Under the pieces are notes generated by a model. The model worked only from the letters and a program-made list of their open reading frames with translations, searched no databases and was not told the origin of the DNA. This document shows positions 1 to 11,951 of a DNA stretch of 38,070 nt, one piece after another; the first letter of the stretch is position 1, and the number at the start of each line of letters is the position of its first letter. The stretch spans positions 1-38,070 of the forward strand of contig JBNGIO010005930.1 of assembly GCA_049999805.1 (NCBI GenBank), given 5' to 3'. This stretch comes from Folioceros fuciformis (Eukaryota). A program made the position numbers and the translations under genes.

Positions 1-915
1 TGACCATCTTGAGGAAGATCCATTCCAAGCCACAACGCATACTCCTCAAGTTCTACATTATGAGGCTAAAGTTAAAAAAGTTCATGAAAATTCAAATCCT
101 TTATGTTGATTAAAGGGAATGAATAAGAGTGTAAGCAATATATTTTTATATATCTTCAGAAGGATAGAAAAAATATTTTGACCATGAATATAGAACTTTC
201 TGTAAATATATTATCAAAAGTTTTCTTAGCACAACTTCTTCATAGATTTGGTCTCCAAATTTTATTTCTAAAAATTTAGACTAAAATACATCATGTTGTA
301 ACAGAAGGATCAACATTCAATATGCACCTTCCTTGGAAGGTTCATATAGTTCTTCTATTTCTTCTTCAAGTATCGTATTGGAGTTATCTTCAGTGCTCAT
401 GTTTCGTTTCTTTGTAAGGCCACAATTCTGTTCACCTCAACTTAGTTATACTAGGTTTGACAACAAATATGTCCATGAGTGCAATAATATCTTCCATCTC
501 AAATGCATGCCTACAAGTTCCTTGGAGCAAAGTTTTGTATCACCCACAAAGTATCACCTTTGTAACAAAGATAGACCTAGAGGATGAAGCCAAAAACTTA
601 AGTTTTTGTCAAGGAATTAAGAGATAACCTAACTTTCTATAGTCAAAACATCTAATACCTAAAAACTTTACCTGACCTCAATTTATACTATTGTTTTAGG
701 TAGATAATATTAAAATCTATAATTTTACAAAATACCCAGATCTTAAAACAGTCACAAAATATTTCATTTCTTAAATGGAAAGAGTCTAAAAATGATTTTT
801 TTAATAAATTATCACTTTTTTACTTGCTTTTACTAAGAAAAATGATTTTTCAATTTACAACTACAAATAGCCTAGAAAAGGAAAACAGTGATATTGCAAT
901 GAGATTGCATAAGAG

Positions 916-1015
916 NNNNNNNNNNNNNNNNNNNNNNNNNNNNNNNNNNNNNNNNNNNNNNNNNNNNNNNNNNNNNNNNNNNNNNNNNNNNNNNNNNNNN
1001 NNNNNNNNNNNNNNN
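916..1015. other. Assembly gap (100 N)
   Basis: Run of N. Further gaps lie at 1349-1448 (100 N, next to a short TTCTAAGGCTTAAAACATCTATACA repeat) and 20901-20910 (10 N, inside a tandem repeat). Confidence 0.99.
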
Positions 1016-2023
1016 TAGACATAGTATTATTAATATTAAATCATATTAAATCACCAAAAAAATTATTTATATATACATCATACAATTTTTTATGAAGTTT
1101 TACAAAATAGATTTATCACTCTTAATACTGATCTATATAGTTTTTTATGTATGTATATATTGGCAATCTATACAACCATAGCAAGTATAACTTCAAGTAG
1201 AACTACAAGTAGAAGTATGTCGCAAGATTGGCCCAATGGAAATACAAGTAGGATGCTCAACAAACATAATTATTATAAATAAGTAAAAATCTTTAAATAA
1301 AATACTACTACAAAAACTTGCAAACACGGGTAGTACTATTTCTAAGGCNNNNNNNNNNNNNNNNNNNNNNNNNNNNNNNNNNNNNNNNNNNNNNNNNNNN
1401 NNNNNNNNNNNNNNNNNNNNNNNNNNNNNNNNNNNNNNNNNNNNNNNNGGCTTAAAACATCTATACAGATTTCTAAGGCTTAAAACATCTATACAAAATC
1501 CCATGAAACCGGACTTATAACTGGCGAGATTTCTGACAAATGCAATGATTTATTACTTATATGCACATGACCACAATAAAAGACAAAGGTGCAGGCAGAA
1601 ATTTGGATGGCAGTGTAGCCAAGGCAAGCACTACAAGCAACAGCTTGTGGTAGGAAGTAACCGCATAGAAAAGCGTACAAGATCATTTAAGCGGTGCAAG
1701 AAGCCGCGTGAACCTAACACATCCACCATGGGCCATGATTCCCGTGAAGACTGCACGGATTGAATTATACAAATTACATTGAACGGTTTGTCCTATGGGC
1801 CAACTATGCAAGGCAACTTCTGGAGCCAGGACCAAACTAGATTTGTATGACAGAAGCTGGGTCACACAGAGTCCCCTGTCTCCCAAGCAGACAAAGAGTC
1901 TACTTAGCAGCATGGGGGAAAATGAAGAGAAGCGAACGGGCTAATGGTACTCCTGGCAAGACCGAATACCGTGGCAGGCTACTCGGCTGGTGGACTGGAC
2001 CCTACTATCAGGACTTTTCGCCT

Positions 2024-2097
2024 GTGCTCAGACGCACTGATGTCCGCATTGCAATGCAAATAGGACTTTGATGGTACTTGTCAAATCATCACAGCAC
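2024..2097 (-). ncRNA. Candidate box C/D snoRNA
   Basis: Minus strand reads GTGCT-GTGATGA (C box)...CTGA (D box)-GCAC, with a GTGC/GCAC terminal stem and 74 nt total. Internal GTACCATCAAAG is complementary to CUUUGAUGGUAC, which I recall from the 5' domain of non-angiosperm 18S rRNA (not aligned here). Confidence 0.65.
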
Positions 2098-2192
2098 CGA
2101 AGTTTTTTAAGCTTTTGTTACCACCTGCACGACACCATTTCGACACAACCTAGGTGGGTTAAGAACAAGAGAACGCGGGAAGGGGTCACTGA

Positions 2193-2321
2193 AAATGTGC
2201 CAGGCAACTGGAGCACTGGGTATCACAAAGGATCAACCCATCCAGCTCTGTTTGCCAGTTACTTTAGCAGGTCCTCATTCAACATATTGCAATTGGCAAA
2301 AGTTGTACACACGGAACTGCA
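2193..2321 (-). ncRNA. Candidate box H/ACA snoRNA
   Basis: Hairpin 1 has GCAGTTCC...GGACCTGC with upper stem CAAC/GTTG and TTGC/GCAA. It is followed by H box AAAGTA (2260-2265), hairpin 2 (GGCAA/TTGCC, GAGC/GCTC, TGGGT/ACCCA) and ACA (2196-2198) plus 3 nt. About 129 nt. Confidence 0.6.
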
Positions 2322-3086
2322 GGTCAGTACAGATGGAACAAACAACACAACGCGACCACAGCAATCAGGCATTTCACACCAGCAGTAAGCTAGACCCAGT
2401 TCGCAGGAACAACAGCCCACGATTTGCAAGAGCTCAAATTACATCATCCCACCCAGAACCGCAACATACAGAGACTCTATGTAGCTCCGTAGTTTAGCTC
2501 AAAATCCCACTTGTCAGGGATCCTGGATGATGGCAGAGCCATAGGATATACGGAACTGCATCAACCACCATGATTGTAGAGGAAGGCGTACTCAGACGAA
2601 TCCAAATTGATTGAAAGCGTGAGACGAGATGCATTCTTTCAGATGTAAAGGACTTAATTTAACAGAGACAAGCACACTGTTCGCCACTCATGAGATTGGT
2701 TGTAGAAACAAAGCAGAACATGCGTTCTTTGATTCCAGGTGCAAAAATTATCAATAGCAAAGCTACATATTACATTCAATAGAGCCTTTTGTCATTGCCG
2801 AATTGTACTGCTATGCCATAAGAAGATTGAACTCATCTGAAGGTCTCGCATTGCCCTCATCTGAAGGTAAAAGCTAGAAGGTACGACTGGAGACACTCAT
2901 GAGCAGACCTTCACTTCACAAGCAACCAGCAAGTGACCATTTAAACCAGCACCTTGAGGATAGCTTGTCTATTCAGAATCACAAGTAAAAGTCGGAAAAG
3001 AGGAAAGCAAGCCACTCGATAGCCGGTACAGTGAAAAGCTTCAGCAAGGTACGACCACGGAACATTTACAAGTTAACATGGCAGAT

Positions 3087-3213
3087 GATTGTAGTGGCCT
3101 TCGTAACTCTCTGTCGTGGGTATCAACCAGAGGGCTAAAAGGACCACATTCTTGTTCGAGATACTAGTAATCCGTCCAACACAAGAGAAGACGGCTATCA
3201 GTTTGGATCTCGA
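3087..3213 (-). ncRNA. Candidate box H/ACA snoRNA (copy B)
   Basis: Hairpin 1 has CGAGAT/ATCTCG and CCGTC/GACGG. It is followed by H box ACAAGA (3150-3155), hairpin 2 (GTGGTC/GGCCAC, CTCTG/CAGAG) and ACA (3090-3092) plus 3 nt. G-U pairs work only on the minus strand. Confidence 0.6.
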
Positions 3214-3269
3214 TTTCCACATTCACCTGTCCACGAAACAAATTGCAGAAAAACTTGAAACAAAGCCAT

Positions 3270-3395
3270 GAACTTAGTAGCTTTCGTAACCCTATGCAGT
3301 AGATCACAGGTACAGGACTAAAACAACCACCTCATTCTTTGGAAGCTAGTAAGCCAACCTCCACAAAAATAGGGATGGCCATCAGTTTGTTTCCC
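3270..3395 (-). ncRNA. Paralogous H/ACA-like snoRNA (copy C), ACA box altered
   Basis: Diverged tandem paralogue of 3087-3213. Loop segments CAAACTGAT, TTACTAG, TTTTAG and GTTACGAA are identical while stems differ but still pair (GGAA/TTCC, GGCCA/TGGCT, GTGGTT/AGCTAC). H box AAAGAA at 3335-3340. The ACA position reads AAG. Confidence 0.45.
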
Positions 3396-3583
3396 GGGTC
3401 TAAAACAGCGATACCCAACCTACGAATGCAATTTGCTGGTCAAGGCGATTGCAGCCCTCAAAACAGTCACCTGCGAACTCCGATTGTGCTGGTTACGGCC
3501 ATCACATCCCACAAGAAAATCAATGTCGGAGGAAAGGCGAGCCATAAGTTACCAAAAACAGTCACAGACGGCTAGAAAGCAAG

Positions 3584-3600
3584 CAACCCTAAACCCTAAA
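3584..3600. promoter_or_regulatory. Tandem telo-box motifs (AAACCCTAA-like)
   Basis: CAACCCTAAACCCTAAA lies about 200 bp upstream (minus strand) of the snoRNA candidates. Telo-boxes are known in plant snoRNA and ribosomal-protein gene promoters. Confidence 0.4.
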
Positions 3601-3799
3601 AGCAGTTGACTCTATCCCTAAGGGGACAAGTTCGGTGACACCTGCGATCGACGACACGTCGGACTACTGAGAATCCATATGATAGACGAATACTTACACA
3701 TAGAATGATACCACACTTTCGCGTTGGCCAAGGTGGAACCCTCTTTAAGAATGCACTTTCGGCTTCCCAACAATCTCCCGACTCTTTCTACTGGTTTCA

Positions 3800-4177
<378 letters not shown>

Positions 4178-4515
4178 TCACCCGGATCCTCATGTAAACC
4201 TCAGCAACGCGCTGGCGGCCCAGCAGAGGAATAGGCTCAAAGGCCGTGTACTGCAGACTCTCCGGTTCCACCACCTCGATAAGGCACCCACGTACCTTGA
4301 TCAGGCCGCGCCTCGACTTTTACTCGGGTGACAACCACTGCCGACGGTGCCACAGCAGTCAAAGCACGGCCAAACGACGTAAGGGTTACCAGCTTGAGGA
4401 AGGTAGGCTAAAGACTGCGGAAGGTAGACCTACTGACTTGAGGAAGGGCTCGACGAAGGACGGCTGGCTCTCCCCACGAAAGATGACCTATCAAACTTTA
4501 GAATTACACTTAAAT

Positions 4516-5085
4516 GTATTTTCTATTATTAAAAATGACATGAAAGTTTGATTACTCCAAAGATTGGAAGAACACCATAAGTTAGCCCATTCGAATATCA
4601 TTCTCAAAACCTATTGGAAGAACACCATAAGTTAGCCCATTCGAATATCATTCTCAAAACCTACCTACTACTTCCAAAATATCATGATGTGGAATAACAA
4701 AAAGCTTACTATCACGAGTGCCGAACAAGTTGCATGACTTGCACTTGGCCGAACAAGTTGCATGACTTGCACTTGGTACTATTTTAAAAACCGTGTTGGC
4801 CAATGCTCTTTGCAAAGCAATGGATATGCGTTGTCCAAAGAAAGCCACCACAAAGGAAATAGGTAGAACCCCATTCCTATGCCTCTGATAAACCTTGGCC
4901 CACTCCTTGATGCACCTTGAGAAGTCCTTGCGCATAGCCCCATGAGTCTCAAAAGCAAGGGAGATGAAAATATGCTCGTCTTACGGGGGAGAATACCTAT
5001 GGACTTTGGCACTTGCACAACCCTCTACTACCCATCCAAGGGAGTTGATGATGACAAGCTCGCAAATCGATTCTCTAAACGAAAT
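4516..5085 (-). mobile_element. 3' fragment of a CRE-like (RLE-type) non-LTR retrotransposon, decayed
   Basis: Minus translation includes CASAKVHRYSP..DEHIFISLAFETHG and FFGQRISIALQRALAN, resembling the C-terminal restriction-like endonuclease region of CRE-clade elements. Paralogue at 17453-17970, short partial copy at about 5143-5200, and an internal ~49 bp tandem duplication at about 4563-4665. Confidence 0.55.
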
Positions 5086-5579
5086 CTCATCGTGGTGGTA
5101 AAAGTAACTTTAGAATAGTTATTGATCTGCTATACTCTTACCGCCCATCCAAAGGAGTTGATGATGACATGCTCACAAATCGATTCCCTAAGCGAAATCG
5201 CTTCACTAAAGTCCACAACAACCTTTTTCTTCTTCTTGCGCACTGCCATCATGCCAAACACCTTATCTTCATCAAAGTCAGAGAACAAAATTCTTTGCTC
5301 TGTCCTACCGGCCATGTTGGCCAGCTCCTTCAATAGCAAAATTCCTGTCCATTAGAAAACATCAGCCTATCTCTTGGCACTGCCTTCTACAACACCCAAC
5401 CTTCTCGGATCGCAGCTATCTCCTGGGTTGGATGATGCATGACTGCCGCCTCTTCCTCCAATCTCCAGCGTGCCAAAGTCTCCTCCAATACCATATCCTT
5501 ATTCCCAACAAGGTGGATTGTTAATGTGGTAAAATCAAGATGGAAAATTCTCCCAACTTGGCAATGTAATAGACCGCAA

Positions 5580-5793
5580 TGTTAGAGCATATATAGTGTC
5601 CCTAACTATATTTAAACATAAGTGCTAGGTAAACACAGACGAAACGGCACGATTGTTTGAGGGTAAATTGGTTAGGCGGATAAACTGCTATTTAAGCAGT
5701 AACGCTGTTGTAAAACTTGATTTATTATTCAATATTAAAACACATAGAGAACTATTCCTATAATTGTTATGCTCCCTAATCACTTTGTTCTTA
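5580..5793 (+). repeat. 5' LTR of copia element
   Basis: TGTTAGAGC...GTTCTTA. About 12 differences by eye from the 3' LTR over 214 bp; the terminal CA is mutated to TA. Confidence 0.95.
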
Positions 5794-5806
5794 TGGTATC
5801 AGGGCC
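5794..5806 (+). other. Primer binding site (tRNA-Met initiator type)
   Basis: TGGTATCAGGGCC directly after the 5' LTR; the canonical plant motif is TGGTATCAGAGC. Confidence 0.85.
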
Positions 5807-7026
5807 ATGCTGAAACCTCTAGAGGAATCCTGGAACCATGCTGAGGCAAGGTGCTCCCAGTAGGGGCAGATTGGAGTGCACGACTGAAAGGGGACTCACC
5901 GCCGTAGGCTGCCCATATGATCACTCGTCGCACCTCTTAGCAAAAGTGCGCGCGCCCCTAGGAGAGGGAGAGCCCTGGCGCCCGCGGCGGCAGTTCCCTC
6001 CTTCCCAGTGCTAGCAATTCCCCCTGCAACGAGACCGCACCTCCGGCACCCACTGTTCCTACGAACACTCCATGCCAGCGTGCTACTCGCTCAACGCTTG
6101 GGGGCCCTTGCCAGCACCTAGAACACCTACCACACACCAGCGCAACGCAGACATCAACCCACACAAAGGGCTGAGGAAGATTCTTGACAGGTCCCACAGT
6201 ATTCTCAGCCGCGTGGAGGGATTGTTGTCCAGTTTGCTCTCGTATCAAGCTTCCTCCAGAATCCACGCTCAACGCTCCGACCCCGAACTTAAGACCCCTG
6301 AATCTCCCACCTCTGACAAAATCTGTGAGAGCATCCGCCAGGTTGCAGATTTCCTCAAGAACCTTGATCAACAGAGGCGAAATTCAGGGGATTTGCCTAC
6401 CAAGTCGAGATCAGATGGCCTTCGGCCCTAGACACTTCCGATGCCAGGGAGCACCGACCCGGGTGAATGGGCAGGTTTGGCGTCCCAGACGCGAACCGGT
6501 GCGATGCGCTCCACACCCCTTGCCGAGATCGACCTCGACGCCACCCCGTTGGACCACCTAGTGAACCTCTTCATGTTGCTGGGACATGACAGTTAGTAAC
6601 GGCCTACCTAGACCCAAACCCTAAGGCCCACCCCTTCGATCCGCACCCTTGGAAATAATAGCAATAAGAACATTATTTCCCCATCCGGTCCTAACAGGCT
6701 GCATTAGCTCCCTCATCACCCTAGGTGTACCCATGCTGCGGTCATCAGTGGCGAAGCCTTCAACTGGGCACAGGACTAAGAAGCCACCACCCCGATGGCA
6801 TCCGAACTCTGTGCCCAGCTAGGCTCCGCCACCTACGTCCCAGCATCAGCTAATAAGGGAACGAGAGTATAATAGCAGGAGTCACATGCACACCTACCCC
6901 CTCGTACCACCGTAGCCATAGCTCCCTTGGTCGGTGTAGGCGTACATGGTCACCCCTGCACAACTCAACTCCCTTATCAGTGGTTTCCATCACCTTTCTT
7001 TACATACCCCAGCCCAACAATGAGCA

Positions 7027-10000
7027 ATGGCAGCATCGTCAAGCACACCTACCTTCATCTCAGGACTCAAGGAGAAGGACAGGTTTAAGGGGTTTGGCTA
7101 CACTGTGTGGAGAGTCAGGATGAAGGCACCTTGCTGGCCAGGGGAGTCTGGGCTGTCGTTGACGGTTCCTACCCCAACACCAGTCCTACCCCCACAGCCG
7201 ACGAAATTGCCAAGTGGGAACAACATAATGCCATTGCTGTTGCTCTAATTATAGGTGGGCTGGACGCAAACTTGGTCCCAGAGGTAGAGTACCTCACATT
7301 TGCACATGGCATGTGGGACCAATTAGAAAAGACATACAAAATCCAAAACATGATGACGCTATGTGCAGTTAGGCAAGAGTTCTTCTCACTTAAAATGAAA
7401 GAGGGAGAAAAGGTGGTCTCACATGTTAGCAAGTTCCGGCACTTACGTGCCCAACTCACTGCGATGACAGGAGAGAAGATGTCAGAGGTGGATGCTATCG
7501 CCCAACTGCTAAGTAGTCTTCCTGCCTCCTACAGACCTTCATTACGAGCCAAAACGGCCCCATACGCGCTACCGCAGCTGCCTCTAGCCAGACAGCGACC
7601 ATCACCTTGGAGGAGGTGATTGGTGCGCTATTCCAGGAAGAGCAGAGTTGCGCCTTCTCATCCACCTTCAGGAACAAGGGAGAGAAGGTATTAGCCACAA
7701 ACTTCTGCAAGGGAAGAACCAGACCTAGAAGCACAACAATGTAGGGACAGAGGGGGGAACCTTCAAGCCCTATCATGAAACCTGGCAACTGCCATTGGTG
7801 TGGCCTCCCCGGCCACTGGGCCAAAGAATGCCGGAAAAGAAGGGCCGGTGAGCCCTTCAGACAGCAAAAACCAGCTGCAAACGTGGCCGTGAGGCAAAAC
7901 AAACCAAGAGACTCGAAGGCTCCCGTGAAGATACTGGCAGTCTGCTTGTCCAGCACTCTCAGTGATGACAGCTGCTGGTACCTCGACTCCGGGGCGACGA
8001 CCCATATCTGCAAGAAAAGGCACCTCTTTAGTACCCTTGACCTAACACAAAAAGGTGGTCAAGTATTTCTTGCAGATGAGCAAAGCAAGAAAAGTCTCCG
8101 CATTGAGGGCAAGGGTACCTGTGTCTTCAGCCTCCCTGATGGCACTGAACTAACCTTGACAGATGTCATTTATGTCCCAGGCATGGCCAAGAACCTTATG
8201 TCCATGAGCCAGCTCATGAGACCGCGGGTCTTCTACATGCACGCAGACTCTAAGCACTGCTGCTTCTACAGGAAGTCATCTCCCCACACATGTGCTTTTG
8301 AGGGACTGCCTGAGAGCAACCTATACAGGCTTAACATCACCTGTTACAGTTCAGACCCGCACACAAAGGCCGTCCACTCAACCACAGGTCCTAACCTAAG
8401 TCAGGCACAGAAGGCCCTGTTGTGGCATGCCCGCCTAAGACACGTTAATAGGTCGAAGCTTATTAACATGTCAGCCCTAGAGTGCCACCGAGAACCTCTG
8501 CCCAAATGCTTCAAGTAGTTACCTGTGTGCGAATCATGCATCCTTGCTAAGCAAAAGGAATCATCATTTCTTGATTCACCTGCATAGAGGGCCACCCGAG
8601 TCCTTGAGTTAGTCCACGCAGACATCTCAGGCAAAGTTCATGAGCCCTCCCTTGGAGGTGCTCGTTACTATCTAACAGTCACTGATGACTATAGCCGCTA
8701 CACGTGGACCTGCCCCATGCAGCTGAAATGTGACACCTATGCCTGCTTCAAGGAATGGCTCACCATAGCCCAGAGGCAGTTAGGAAGCTCTTGAAGACCC
8801 TCAGAACTGATAACGACACTGAATTTGTCAACTCATCCTTTAATGACCTCTTGCAGGCTTCAGGAATCTTGCGCCAGCTTATAGTGCCCTACACACCTCA
8901 ATAGAACGGTGTGTCAGAACGCAAGAACCAAACCCTGCTTTCAATGACAAGAAGCATGCTCTTATGGGCAAACTTACCACAGGGCTATTGGGCCGAGGCC
9001 ATAGTGGCGACGACCTACATCCTTAATCATGTTATCACCAGCACTGTCCCGACCAAGACTCCCTTTGAGGTATTCTGGAACAAGAAGCCCAACCTTCTGC
9101 ACCTTCAAGTCTTCAGATCTCACGCCTATGCCCATATCCCTGCAGAGAAAAGACACAAGTTGGACAACTGCTCATAGGTACTTATCTTGGTTGGCTACAG
9201 CGAGCACTCTAAGGCATACAAGTTATATAACCCTGATGCCGACATCATTATGCTCGCAAGGAGTGTTACCTTCATAGAGCCTTGTACTCCCGCCTCAGGG
9301 GAACCTTCTCCAGTGGCCCCAATCCAGCCAACTGACCGACCCTTTGTCTTCCCCGCTGGCGCTGACAAACCTGCACAGGCAGCACCACTTCCTATTACGG
9401 TACCACCTGATGGCATCCCTACTGATCCCACTGCCTTAGCCCCTGCTGCAGCCTCGCACAACCTGTCTTGGATGCAGAGGGGGAATTGGGGACAGCTGAC
9501 CTGGGGATGGCTGACAATGCAGCTGAGCCAGCTGACCCTCCTGAGCCTCCAACCCAAGTTGCCTCCGAGCCTGCGCCCGGGCCTGACCCCCCCCCCCGCC
9601 GCTCCATGCGCCACAGACCTCCCCCATCTAAATGGAGGGAGCCACCTTATGCCTCCACGGACTTCCGGACACACACAATTCCTGCACTCAGCCCAGGCTC
9701 ACCCTTACCTGAAGAACCCACTACACTCTCTTAGGCATTTAGTAACCTTGAGTGTGAGCAATGGCGGTCAGCAGTTGCGGACAAATACAAATCTCTGGTA
9801 AAGAACAATACCTGGACCCTTGTCGACCTCCCACCTGGCAAGAAGGCCATATCCTACAAGTGGACATTTAAACTTAAGCTAAATGCCAAGGGAGAAGTTG
9901 CTAGATTCAAAGCACGGCTGGTGGCTAGGGGGTTCACTCAGGTGGAGGGCTGGACTACCAAGAAACGTTCTCACCTGTAGTCCGGAGCTAGTCTATCCGC

Positions 10001-11230
10001 CTCATCCTCCCCTATGCCACAGAATTCGACCTGGACCTCCAACAAATGGATGTATGCACAGCCTTCCTGTATGGGGCCCTTGACGAGGAACTGTACATGA
10101 TCTAGCCCGAAGCCTACCAAGACCCTGCACACCCACACAAAGTGTTAAGGCTACTGAAGTGTATCTACGGGTTGAAACAAAGTGGGAGAGTATGGTACCT
10201 CACCATGCACGAGTACCTGTAGAGTATCAACTTCACTCAAAATACTGCCGACACTAATGTGTACAAGCTGGTGGTAGGACCCTCGGTTGTGCTACTTGCC
10301 CTATATGTGGACAATTTGATACTTGCCACAAATGACCAAAAATTGTTAGCAAAAGTGAAGACACAACTACACAAGAGGTTTGACATGAAGGACATTGGAG
10401 GATTGAAATATTGTCTAGGCGTTCAGCTCCTACGCGCACGAGATGCTGGTATTACGTACATCCACCAAAGCAAGTACATCAGCGAGATCCTACTGAAGTA
10501 TCATCTCGATCAAGCCAGACCTGCCACCACACCCTATGTTGTGGGCACCAAGCTCACTCGCCAATAGAGCCCACAGACACCTGATGAACTGAAAGACATG
10601 GAAGGCGTACCCTACAAGCAAGCCGTTGGCAGTCTGATCTTCGTCGCCAACTGGACCAGGCCTGATGTACAGTACTCAGTTAGTACCATATCACATGTCC
10701 TAGACTGCCCTGGGAGAGTACACTGGACAGCAGTGAAACGGATTTTCCGCTACCTCAAGGGCACAACACATTACGGTCTCATGTACCAGAGGAGTGGAAA
10801 TCAGCAGCTCAACTTATCTGGCTACTCAGATGCAGACTGGGCGTCCGACTCTGACTCCAGACGCAACATCTCTTCCTATTGCTTCTTGCTTGCATCTGCA
10901 GCAGTCACCTGGAGCAGCAAGAAATAAGCCACTATTGCTCTTAGCTCCACCGAAGCCGAATACAAGTCACTAACGGAAGTAGCCAAGGAGGTAGAATGGG
11001 AGAGGGTTTCTTTTAGACCTTGGTCACCCGCAGACCAACCCAACTCTCATCCTATGTGACAACACTTCAGCTCTGGAGCTAGTAGCAAGGCCAACCTTCC
11101 ACGCCAGACCAAAACATATAGAGATACAACACCACTACATACGCGATGTGGTGTCCAGAGGTATCATCAAGGTCAGCTACACCACCATTGAGGCGAACAC
11201 AACGGACATATTTACTAAAGGCCTACCAAA
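7027..11230 (+). pseudogene. Copia gag-pol polyprotein with stops and frameshifts
   Basis: Gag (YTVWRVRMK / LLARGVWAVVDG, LLSSLPASY), zinc knuckle CHWCGLPGHWAKEC, protease WYLDSGATTH, LWHARLRH, integrase LELVHADISG and PQ*NGVSERKNQTL, RT (KARLVARGF, LYVDNL), and RNase H GYSDADWA and DIFTKGL. Confidence 0.93.
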
Positions 11231-11942
11231 GCACGCTCACTACTTGCACATGAGAGGGCTGGGCCTAGGTGACTTCTCTGCCTATCTTGAACCCTGATAG
11301 GATACGGCGGACGAGAGGGGGAAACTTGGGGTGCCGCCCGCTGGTCGACCCCCACACTAAAAACATGCCTACCGCCCTCTCGTCGGCCAAGGCAACGCGA
11401 CCCTCGCACCCGCTAGCTGCGCAAAGAAAAACATCAGACCACAAAAAGAAGCCAGGGGACATACAAGAACACCAGCGCAGTCATCCACTCACCAGACAGA
11501 TGAAGCTACGACGCCAATACAATCGTCCCAAGCACACATCAACCATGTTCCTCAAGCCACTGCTCACAAGTCTACGAAGGAGGAAGCCAAGTCGCAATGT
11601 GAGCATTCTCTCACAGGCACTGCGACACTATGCACCCCACACCGACCTTCACAAATTGCGACCCTCGAGCTCCGAAAGGTAGGTGCCCACAAAACGACCC
11701 TGGTCGAACAGTGACAGCACTGCCCTAGCGCCATCCCGCAGCATCAATTGCACACTACGGGCGCCATACAGACGTCGGCCACTCGCAAGTCGGATCTCCA
11801 AAGACGGCGCACAAGCACCTCCGCCCGCCTCTGAGAACCCTCAGTCCTGCACTCGCAGAATGAGGTAGCGCCCACCCTACACCCAGGTCACTATGAGTAC
11901 GGCGACGCCTGCCCTAAACCTAAAGCCGTTAGCATCTGGTTT

Positions 11943-11951
11943 AAGAGGGGG
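11943..11951 (+). other. Polypurine tract
   Basis: AAGAGGGGG immediately before the 3' LTR. Confidence 0.85.

Noticed and set aside
824-1504. ORFs 824-1018 and 1193-1504
   Set aside because: They are artefacts of translating through N gaps.
1786-1912. Additional H/ACA snoRNA (two hairpins, ATACAA, ACA)
   Set aside because: The lower stem of hairpin 1 is not adjacent to the H box and the ACA falls within a stem. It is too weak to list as a feature and is mentioned only within the cluster finding.
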